This document shows positions 53,176 through 64,000 of a DNA stretch of 64,000 nt, piece by piece. The stretch is from NCBI GenBank assembly GCA_951406725.2, contig OX597816.1, positions 151,218,001 to 151,282,000 of the forward strand, given 5' to 3'. Positions within the stretch are counted from its first letter, which is position 1. Every line of letters begins with the position of its first letter. The notes beneath the pieces were generated by a model that searched no databases, was not told the DNA's origin, and saw only the letters and a program-made list of their open reading frames with translations. This DNA comes from Octopus vulgaris. Taxonomy: Eukaryota. Position numbers and translations under genes: made by a program.

Positions 53176-54731
53176 GTAAGTTTGCATTCAGACTATGTTT
53201 GTAGATTCTTCTTCCCTTCTCTAGAAGAAGAGTTAATTAAAATAGCGTTTACTTTTATTTTGCTATTTTGTTGGAAGTTATAAGTATAGTTAAGTGACTC
53301 CAGATATGAATGCCTGAGCAAAGTATTGAAGTGAAAAGAACTAAGAAAGGAAAACAGTGTAGATGGAAGTAAGCAAATAATATGAATGACATTTATTATG
53401 TCATTGCCTTTCTACTGTTTGTTGACTACCACCACTATTAAGTGGAAGATAATGACAATTCTGATGACCACATAATGCTTTTCTTTGAATGTATTTTTAT
53501 TGGTGGGTGAAGACTATTGCATTTACAATTTGGAACTGTTGAGGATTCTTGAACTTTCTAAATACACTTAGAATAAATCATCAGCAAACAGCTACACTAA
53601 TTTTTCTCAACTATATGCATATTTGGTTCCAGTATTGACAACAGATTTCATTGTTATGTAAGAGTCAAAGATGGAGAACACTGGGATGGTTCAGCAGCCA
53701 ATAGTTATGGGTTGGGAATGTTGACAAATTAAATATTGGCATATGACAGTCTCAGCTTTTTACTGCGTCATATTCTATTTAATTCCGTTTTCACTGGACC
53801 ATTAAAAGAACACCACACTATCACACTAATTACAAAACAAGCATCCTTCTACTAGGAAACTAATATAATTTGACTTACTGCAGCTCTTTTTAGAAAAAAA
53901 AAACTATATAGATGCCATTTTGAACTCAACTGGTTTGATGTTCTTGTCCTCCTCATCGACCAATTTTACTCAGTTAAAAATTTTGGGAATACATTTAGTT
54001 TTGATTTAACTTGAGTTATGTTAATACTTTAGTAAAAAATTCTAGTATAAAAAATATATTTTACTGCTATAAAGCCCAGTTTTACTTAATAGTAAACTTG
54101 AAAGGAATTAACATGAATTTGTTAGGATTGTGGGATGTGAAATAAGTTAATCCAAAGACCAAGCCTTTGGTAATACAATAGTGTTAATTTCTAACATAGA
54201 CACCATCATACTATTTGGTAAAGAGTATAAATGATTATGTGACATTTAAATAGGTGAACGGCAAATTTAATCTCCGGATTTGAATTCAGAACATAAAAGT
54301 ACGGAACCAAATATCACGATGCAGTTTATGTGATGTTCTATTGGTTCTGTTAATCCATCATCTTCTCTAGACAAGACAATTCATGGCCTTAAACATTGGG
54401 CCAGAAATTATAGAGGAGAGGGTTAATTGATTATATCAATCCTAGTGTTCAACTGGTACTTATTTTAACAACTCCAAAAGGATGAAAGGCAAAATTGATC
54501 TCAGTTGAATTTAAACTCAGACCACAAAGCCTGAAGAAATGCTGCTAAGCACTTAGTCTGATGTGCTAACGATTCTGCTAGGTTGCCACCTTACTATCTT
54601 TTAATAATACTACTAACTTGTGGGATTTGAAATTAGGGCAAATGGGATTTGATTGGAATATGTTCCCTCTGGGGATAAGTTAATCTTTTGTTTTCATTCT
54701 ATTAATTTTTGCCTTTGATTTTCATTTGCAG

Positions 54732-55721
54732 GTTCATCAAATTGTCTTTGGAGCTGTATGTCCCAAAGTGTTACCTGTATTTTACAATGCTTTTCATTCT
54801 GACTTACCTGCTGTAACATTCCCTTCCACTGTGAGTGAAGAAGCACTATTAGCTTTCTGTGAGTATATGTACGATGGTGTGCTGGAACTAGATAAAAACA
54901 TCCTGTCGCAATTGAAAATTATTGCCCAGTGTCTTGACATGCAGGGTTTTGATCAGCTTTGTAACAACCAGTTAAAAATAGCAGAAAATTCAGTAACAGT
55001 ACCAACAGATATGTTGGAGTCAATACTTACTGAACCTTGCTCTTCATCAGGACTTATCTCAGACAATGCTACAAACACTCAAATTACATGCCAAGATAAT
55101 TTCACTCCTGTTTCTCAAGTAATTCCTTCCAAACTTATCACTCTTTACAATCGTAATCTTGAGGAAAATTCCAATGTACTTTCCAGCAAATTTCCAACAG
55201 AGATAAAAAGAAAAGTTGTGAAACAGGAAATTTCTGATACTAGTAATGAACAAGATGATATTAACAGTAACCATGAAGATGACCTGATTAACAAACCACA
55301 AATCAAAGTAGAATTGATTGGTCCAGATGATCATCGATATGGATACCAGGACTTTTTGTTAGCACAACAAGGGTCAGACATTTCTGATGCAGATTTAACT
55401 CAGTCAAGCTTACTTTCTCATAACACATCTCTGGATAACTTTGAACAAAATTCTGATATACAGCAAACTGAACAATCATTATTATCATCTTCATCCCTCT
55501 CTCCTCATTTCTCACTTCATTCAGAATCTCATCCAGTTGGCTACATAACTCCTACATCAATCCGTAGACTAGTAAGTTGTGATAAATTCCAACATCTGAA
55601 AAATTCTGAGAATTCTAAGCCTTATCCTGTTAGTTTGTTCAGTGCAAATTATGAACCAATATCATTATCTTCATCCAACTTACAGTTAGTAAATGTTAAA
55701 AAGAAGCATATAGCTAGATGA
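54732..55721 (+). CDS. BTB gene terminal exon D: rest of BTB/POZ + disordered tail
   Basis: Phase-0 acceptor ttgcag|; VHQIVFGAVCP...VSEEALLAFCEYMYDGVLEL...LKIIAQCLDMQGFDQLC matches the BTB consensus; psi-KxE motifs VKQE and IKVE; stop at 55721. Confidence 0.85.
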   Translation, partial: VHQIVFGAVCPKVLPVFYNAFHSDLPAVTFPSTVSEEALLAFCEYMYDGVLELDKNILSQLKIIAQCLDMQGFDQLCNNQLKIAENSVTVPTDMLESILTEPCSSSGLISDNATNTQITCQDNFTPVSQVIPSKLITLYNRNLEENSNVLSSKFPTEIKRKVVKQEISDTSNEQDDINSNHEDDLINKPQIKVELIGPDDHRYGYQDFLLAQQGSDISDADLTQSSLLSHNTSLDNFEQNSDIQQTEQSLLSSSSLSPHFSLHSESHPVGYITPTSIRRLVSCDKFQHLKNSENSKPYPVSLFSANYEPISLSSSNLQLVNVKKKHIAR

Positions 55722-58132
55722 CACCAAGGATTACTTATACTGGGTTTCATTTCAACAGAACAACATAAACAGATTCATTTTCTTTTTTTATTTTAGGTAT
55801 CATGTATTTATTTTGTCACAAGTATGATTCTACTGCATAAGAGAAAAGTTTGTCATATGGGTGGTTATTCTCATTTATTCTAAGTGTAAAAAAATATCCA
55901 ACCTATGTAGCTTTTGTTTTAGATTACCATTAGAGTTTGCAGGCTATTTCTTTACAATGTTGTCTTTCCTTTTGATGTGGTAAGTGCTGCAGAATGTTTT
56001 AATTTTCAGTTTTACTAAAGTTCTTGTCTGATTCTGTACCTATTCAAAAGGAAATCATAAGTATTTCTCTGGTGATTCTCAATTTGAGAAAAGATAGCCT
56101 TTTTTTTATAATTGTAAACATTTTAGAATGGAAGGTGTTGTAATGAGGGAGCAAAAAAGCAATTCACATTGAATTTATTAAATTATAAAATTGACAAATC
56201 ATGTATAAGACATGAAAAACTGCAATTTTCTTTCAGATGGAAATTTTTTTGTTATTTAGATCCCAGGAGTATGTCAAAGCAAACATTAATACATGCATAA
56301 AAACATTTTCAGGTAATTTTTTGTGTTTTGGTTTTCTTTTTGTGAAGAGAAAATGTTGAGCTGCTGCATATTCTTTGTTCTAGTTTCATGGCATCAAATG
56401 AATTTTGCACAAGACTAGATATGAATTCTTGACAGTTCAGTGAACTGAAACATGTAGACTTAATGTACTGTAAAAATATAAAACAAAGCACTAATAAGTG
56501 GATTTGTAGTCCCAACCAGTGAGCTGGTAACTAATATTTACTCACCTACCACCACAACTATAAAAATGCCGAACATAACATTGTGCTACAGCTTGTCTTT
56601 ATTAGTTTCTCGCCAAAAGATTTATACCAAGATCTGCTACACTCTTGGAAAAAGCTCCCACTTAAATGTCCCATTTGTATACCGCTCCATATTTCTCAAA
56701 CTCAGCAGAACTCCTCCAACATTGTTTCTTCTCTGCTCTACAAGCTTGACCACTACTCAGACACCAGATGCAAACACATCTGTCACTTTAAACCAATAAG
56801 ACAATTGGTGCTAACAACATTTATATCACTGTCAGACACTGTATCTTCTTTGTCCCTCATTCTTTTTTTTTAACAGGTATTGAGGCTGATCTTTAGAATT
56901 GCATGGTACAGTGCATCTCATTCTCAAGAGGGGCAACTTCTCTGACTTTGCCAGCTCTCACTTTTCTATATTTTAAAAGTGATGGAAAGGCATTAAGTTA
57001 CTTTCCCTAATACTTGATTCCCTCTCCCTTTTTTGTAATAACTACCTCATGTAAAGCAGTTGGTAAATCTACATTAGTAACTTGCCAGATTATCCACTTA
57101 TTTAAGTTTATGGATTGACCTCAAGATGTTTTCCCCAATGATCTGCAACAGGGTGATCAAATGTTGAGTAAAACAAATTGAAAAATACATCACTTTTATA
57201 TAGGAGTCAATAGAAATAGTGTATTCTAAGTAGCAAAATTATCAATGTGAATTTACACAGTTCTTGCCCTTCTTCCATCTCTCAAAGTTGAATACCGTAG
57301 GGTTTTTTTTTTTTTTGTCTCTTTACAAGTTAGTGGCATGAGGAAGAAAATGAGTGAAGAGAATGACAGTATCAAAATATTAAGCTAGATTGTTGCATTG
57401 ATTTTAACTTGGGTTGCCAAGTGAAAATACTATGTAAATGAAAATGTAGGAAAATTAGTAAAATGCTTTCGCCTAGTTGATTGTCCTATCAACACATTCA
57501 TGGCTGTGTGGTTAAGAAGTTTGCTTTTTGACCAAGTGTTTTCAAGTTCATTTCCACTGTACAACACCTTAGGTAGGTGTCTTCTACTCTAGCTGTAGAC
57601 AAACCAAAGCCTTGTGAGTGAATTTGGTAGACAGAAACTGAAAGAAGCCCATCATGCATGTGTGTGTTTGTTTACAGTTGCACTGTACCAAGGTCATGAG
57701 CTATAAGCATTCTTGTGTATTGTCTTGTGCCTTCACAGGGGTGTGAATTAAGAGATCCCCTTAACTGTAAAACAAGTAAGGGTTAAGTGCTTCAATAATG
57801 TATTCATCTAATCCATAACTCATAATGAATGAATAAGCTGCTAGAAATATATTAAACTAACTTGACTATTAGTTTTCATGCTGATGGTATTCAATAATAA
57901 TTTCTCCCAGTAATTTATTTGTTCAGATATAGTGGAATAATGTGAAAAAACATTTTCTTGAAACCTTTATTCTTTAACTTAACATAAGCATTTTGTTTCT
58001 ATTTTCCTTATTTCTTTACATTTAATTTCACAAGTACTATGTGAGGACCCTCTAATACAGTCATGCAGCCTAACAAATAAAACACTCTGCAGTCTTATAA
58101 AAGGAAAGAAAAAAGTGACCAACAGTTTAGAT

Positions 58133-58333
58133 CAATGGTTCTCAAACTGACAAATACCAGGCAATGGGGAAATGTTTTGCCCCACCTTCCCCAGCCTATT
58201 TAATTAGAAGGAAATAGGGTTTGAATCCTTATGATTTTTTTTTATCACACCATGATGTAGGATAAGTTTTAAATCACCATCTTATATTAAACATAGCAAT
58301 TTGTCCATCTCCTTTCTCCTATGAGAACTATTG
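58133..58333. mobile_element. Degenerate hAT (MER5/Charlie-like) MITE
   Basis: Termini CAATGGTTCTCA / TGAGAACTATTG; flanks gtttagat / tattagat. Confidence 0.55.
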
Positions 58334-61300
58334 TATTAGATAATGTGCTCTTAAATATATTGCTGGATCAGCATTGACTTTCTCTTTTACAGTAATGTAA
58401 GCTGAAGCATCTGCAACAGTATTATCCCTTAGTTATATCTCTGACCAAATACCCACTCAAACTACTCTTGTTCTCTTTCCAACTTCTAAATTCAGCCTTT
58501 GCCAAACTACAATCATATTTTATCCTGGCTGCTTAAAATTTAGTTTCACCTGTTTTACACCAGCTATACCTAGACGACATACATCACCTTTGAATCATTT
58601 AAAATCATCCCCTTAAGTATGTTCCTTAAAAGTTTCTCACAACTAAAACACAGATTTTCAAATAGGTTCATATGCAGTAATACAGGTGAAGAATATGGCC
58701 TATGATATCTTGAGAAACTCAATAACTGTGGATTTTACTCACAGCTACAACTCCTACCAGACTAGCCAGCTGAAAGAAAATGATGTTTTGTGCATCACAC
58801 AAACTCTGAACTCTCTTACTTTGAAATTGCAGCAAGTCTCGGTCCTTTAAGAGAGTCTCTACCTACTTTGTGGAATCATACCATGAAGTATGTCATCTCC
58901 AAGAAGAGTAATCTCTATGAATTTGCCATCTATTGACCTATTGTTTTCACTTCCAACATCTCAAAGGTGATAGAAAGTCATTAACAGTCACCAATACTTA
59001 GGTACCTGGTTAAAATATTCACTTCACAATCATGAGCTACTGTACTCAATCCAGTTACTTGGCAAGTGCTTTCTATTGTAGCTGATCAAAACCTAGTGAG
59101 TAGAATTATGTTGACAGAAACTGTGCAGAAGTCCATATACGTCAATATCTTTCAGTGAAGGATATAAACATTGGCAAAAACCCAGTCCTCTTGGGGAAAA
59201 AGCCCTCTGCATAAAATTCCAGATGCTCCCTTACCTCTTGTTATCAGAGATATAGTGAACCAGTGATTGGCCCAATGAAAGCTCTGTAACTAACATTACT
59301 ATAGTTAATAACACTGAATATACCTCATTACTAATCATCAGTATAGTCTCCTGTTCTTATTTGTCAGTCACCAATGATCCCTCACTCTCGAAAAGTTCAA
59401 CAAAAGTAATGTTGGGATGCATTTGACTGTCTCATATGAAAATATCAGCTAACCTACCTACTTACAGGTGTCTCTGGGTTTGGATGTTTCCTGACAGATC
59501 ACATCACCCATACTATCTCCTTAACCAGACTCTGCACTGATCACTATATCAAATCTTTCTTCACTCTCACAATGTCAACTGTTCTCTTTCTACAGATGTC
59601 AACTTCCAAATGTATAAACAACTTCAACCATTTCATTCACAAAGATCTTGGCCTACAAAAGTCATGGCCAGAGTCCCTTCCACTCGACTAATAAAACCAA
59701 CAGTGAAAGTTTCACACATTTCAGTATGTTTGTTTAGGGTGTAAATACATTTCCACGTTCAATTAATTATAAATATTATAACTCTTACACCTGCATTTTT
59801 TCAGCTCATTCACTCCTTAGAGGCAATGTTTTTTTTTTGTTTTTTTATAGGAAAAAAAAAGACAAAACTCAAAAAGATATAAACAGTAAAAACAATTGAA
59901 TTTTTTTCAGAAAGCATAAACTAAAAAAGTAAATTTATGTAAAAATAAAGTTTATAAAAATTGCAATGAGGAACCTGAGACAAACATGAATGCCAATAAA
60001 GTAGAAACAAATGATTTCAGAAAGCAGGACAGCAGATATGAGTCAATCAGTTTGAGGCAAAAGGTGTTTGATCATGTTCAGATTCTTGACAAATAAAGCA
60101 CACTACAAATCCCTTTGTCCCACAGTGTTGAATAAATGAATTTTAAATGTTTCAAATCATTTCGATTTTTCTCTTGAAAACAAGGCAATCTATCTGCCCT
60201 ATTTTCAATCCCTGCCATACTCCAAGGGTATCAATTTTCTCTGAAAAATACTGCTATAACATATCCTGGATGTGTGTAGAATTACAACTGAAAACAAAGT
60301 GATAGCAAATGTTAGTTGGAAGCAGGAACCTATTGCAAGTCTATTAGAAAAATAATGCATCTTTAATTTTACAAATTCACATTAAATCAGTTTCAGCCAG
60401 GTTTAAATTACATTTTCATGTTGATTTTGGAGATAATTTGAAACATTTAAAACTTGTCCAACACTATGGCAAAGAAAGATAAAGTAGAAGGATGCAAACT
60501 TGTCTTCTCACTAATGAGAGGGGGACACCGAAAAATTTTCCTAATATTTTAGTGCTGTTTGCTTGGTAGGAAGTGGGAATATCTTTGCTGATACATTCCT
60601 TATCTCTGTGGGGCAGGTATCATTATTTCAGAAACCAAGGAATGGAATGATTTTTTAAAAAAAGTGAAACTGGAAAAAAATCACTTTTCAGAGCCTTGGT
60701 TTTTATTTTTAGCATGTTGAATGCCCACATTGAGGCTTCCCTTATTTCATCTGGTTCCAACAGACATCCATTCATACACAATGCACATTCTTATCTAATA
60801 ACTGGGAATGGGGGTGATTTTTTTAAAAAAATGAAATTTTGAAAAATTATTTTTCAAAGATTTAGTTGTCATTTCAAGCATGTCAAACAACTAAAGTATC
60901 TCTCATTTCATCTACTGGTTCAATAAGAATGCATGCATGCAAAAATAAGTAGCTGAGTTTAAAAACATCTGGAATGTCGGTATTGGGGTGAAGTAGTTAT
61001 GCCAAAAAGCCAAGAGAGGGAGAGCAAGCAATGTTAACAAAACTGAAATTTGGAAGAAAATATTTTTTTCTTTCTCAGAATCACAGTCTGTACTTTTCCA
61101 AGTAGAATTCCCCAAAATTTTTTGATAAAAAGTAAAACAAAAAATTTGGGAGGAGTAGGGTATTAAAATTTTGAAAAGCTGTTTTGGAAACCAACTCGTA
61201 ATCTCTGCTGGTGAAAACAGGATTCTGAAGAAATTTTTTTTAAATAAAAAAAATCATAAAATGTGATGGGGTAAATATTCAACACAACTCATTTTTTCCA

Positions 61301-64000
61301 CTTTTCAAACTGTTTATACTAATTAATTGCAACTACAGTCCATCACCACTTAGCTCAGATCTTTTTTTAAATTTTATGTATACATGTGTTTATTTATACA
61401 TATATACAAAAGCGAGATGGATGGAGTTTAGTTATTCAGTGATCATCCTCAAAATTGACTTTTTACTAAATTGTTTTCTACAATACCAATTTGGACATGA
61501 GTTTTCAGTATTAGATTCCTCTCATTAGGTTAAGAAGCCTAATTATGCCAATTGTTTGTGAAAAAGTAAATGTTGGCCACAGCAATAAGTGAATGATATA
61601 AAATTTTCTTGATCACCAAAAGCCATTCACATAAGAATGGCCATTGAAAAGTGTTTACACTGGCAGTGCCCCAGTATGACCACAGCCTATGGACTGAAAC
61701 ACATAAAAGAATAATCAAAGCAGAAAGATTTGAATACAAATCTAACATTATATATTCTCTACATTATTTGTAAGCATAGCATACTGATGAGCAAATGAAG
61801 GTGCTCTATGGACTAGCTTGACTGGCAAGAAATAGCAGCTAAATCCCCCTACTGTCTTAAAAATGGAACACATTAGATTATATAGTCTATGATATACAAA
61901 ATGACACAATGATCATGCCTAAAACATAGGTCTGCCTGATCAGAGTTGACCTGAATCTAAATGATAACTATAGTGTTGTATAAATATATGACAGTTATAT
62001 AACATAATTGTCTATCACATTCTATGGTATACCATTGTCTATAGCTAATTTTGGAGATACAATTTTCCATTTGCATCAAATTTTAACAATGAAGCTTATG
62101 AGATTTCTTACTTCTATTTTTATACTTTAAGTGAAGGCAAATGAGTACTCTTTAGGCATCTCTAGAATCAATGATGTTAAAAGATGTTGCTCATGCTATA
62201 AAATGGTCAGTGATAAGAAGAGCATCCAGCCATAAAAATCAACAAAATTAGTGCTTTTTTCTTTGCTGTTGTGTGTGTATCAAATGACAATGGACTGAGA
62301 CGAGTGAGATGCTGACATGAATAAGTAAATGTGAATATAATGATGCTGATGAGTCATAACTGAACAATTGTCCTTATAAGACATGATGCTTTACAATATC
62401 CATTGCTATGACACTTAACTCTTGTTGAAACAGTTGCATATCTGTAAATGACTGAGGAAGTGTAGTATTCCAAAGGATTCTATAACTAACAGATGTTTTG
62501 CTGATCTTGAAGTGCAACTTCAAATCAGTTTTAGTGGGTTTTTATTCCTGGTCTGCAGGAAGGAATGTGTCTATGGCTGTCACAAGCTTTTCAAGACCAG
62601 TAAGATTAACACAATAATATTCCACTTGAATAGTTTCAAATTTACATCTACACAATAAACATGTGTAGGAAGGGAAATTTCAGAAGAACCAAAGTTTTGG
62701 AGAAGTGGTTATGGAGTTTGGTGGAGGAAGCAATATTAGTGACAAGAGGTACACAAGTGACTCTAGACTGCCTAAGCAGAGGTGAGACAAGACCAAACAA
62801 GGACTGTTATAGTAGCAGTTGGAAAGACCAGAGTGAGGAGAGAGCATGTATGAGTTGGCTAGTTACTTATGCCAACAAGATGGGTTACCTCTTTTTGGAT
62901 GTCTGTATGTGTAGCAGTACTCTATTGTGAGGCCCCAGTTGAGCTTTGTAAAGGATAAGTAGTTGTTGGGTCAGTAGAATTTTCTAGCCCTGGAGAGAAA
63001 GGCCAGTTTTGCTGTGTTGACAGTGTGAAAATGCCAGGAAAGATCTTCAGCTATGGTAAGACACAACATCTGTAGTGACCTTGATGGTTATAGTTGCATG
63101 TTGTTCATATTTAGATGTGCTGTACAACATTTTTTCAATATCTGGAGTCGGATGTGAAGTGGCTAGGTTGCATAGAGATGAGGTTGGTTGTGGAAAGTTA
63201 AGAAGGATGAGTGGCATTATCTGCATATGAGTGGACATTACTGGAGTGCAACACAACTAAAAAGACACTCTTCTGAACTCAAAGTGCTTGTCAATTATAG
63301 ATGAATGCATTTGATCAGAAAAGGTTAAGACATTGGTTGACTAACTCATTTTTGTAAGATAAATAGGAAAGGAAAAGAAAAAAACAAGATGAAGTGGTGG
63401 AGTGGATATAATTCTCTCATAGAAGACACGGAGATGGTAGAGTTAATGCATCAGACAATAGTTCAAATCACACCCAGGTCACCTTTTATTCTTTGAGGGG
63501 AGGGAGTTAACCAATAAAATAAGTACCAGTTGAATAGTGGGGCTAATACAATTGGCTATTTTCTTCTCCCAAATAAAACCAATAGGGCTGAGTATCAATG
63601 ATACTAGTGCATGGATCGATAAACCATAATCATAATTCTCTTACAGTAGCATTAAAAGGACATCAGAGAAACCACTACCTTTCTTCTCACCATCATCATG
63701 CATTTTATATTCTTTTATTCTCTTTACTGGTCTCAGTCACTGGACTATAACCATATTTGGGCACTATCTTCAAAGATTTAGTCAACCATATCAATTCTAG
63801 GACATATTTCAATTTGACACATATTTTCTTAATCATGATTTGTCAAACAATTATAAATGTAGCTAGTGCTTATGGAGCACTCTATTTGAAGTACACTTCA
63901 TCGATTCTGTTGTGCCCAAGGTTGGTTCATCCTCACTACCACACCAGGAAAAGGAAAGGGTTTTTAATGTTTTGGACGCTAGTCCTTCATCAGTAAAAAA

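Noticed and set aside
58380-63370. Faint LINE-like remnants (58.4-59.0 kb plus, 62.6-63.3 kb minus)
   Set aside because: Too degenerate to delimit or classify by eye

Overview
AT-rich, repeat-dense animal genomic DNA, probably octopus/coleoid cephalopod (inferred from the SINE/RTE repertoire with (GAT)n tails). The first ~8 kb hold the last two coding exons and long 3' UTR of a canonical Ras GTPase (KRAS4B-like polybasic tail, CAAX = CVLL). A young 5'-truncated RTE LINE carrying a PHD-finger insertion sits in its last intron. Degenerate mariner, CR1-like, Penelope-like, Helitron-like, SINE and MITE copies are scattered throughout. The main observation lies at 20-56 kb: a co-oriented (+) array of intact, transposon-type DNA-binding modules (a CG-1 exon, two tandem THAP exons, a catalytically altered Tc1/IS630-like transposase exon and a pogo BrkDBD/CENP-B HTH exon), followed by four exons encoding a BTB/POZ protein with no DNA-binding domain of its own. 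The splice phases let THAP and HTH exons join the BTB exons in frame, and let THAP join the transposase exon. This suggests a variable DNA-binding-domain / constant-BTB combinatorial locus, the reverse of mod(mdg4)/lola. The domains and splice sites are visible in the sequence; their joining is inference until transcripts are checked.
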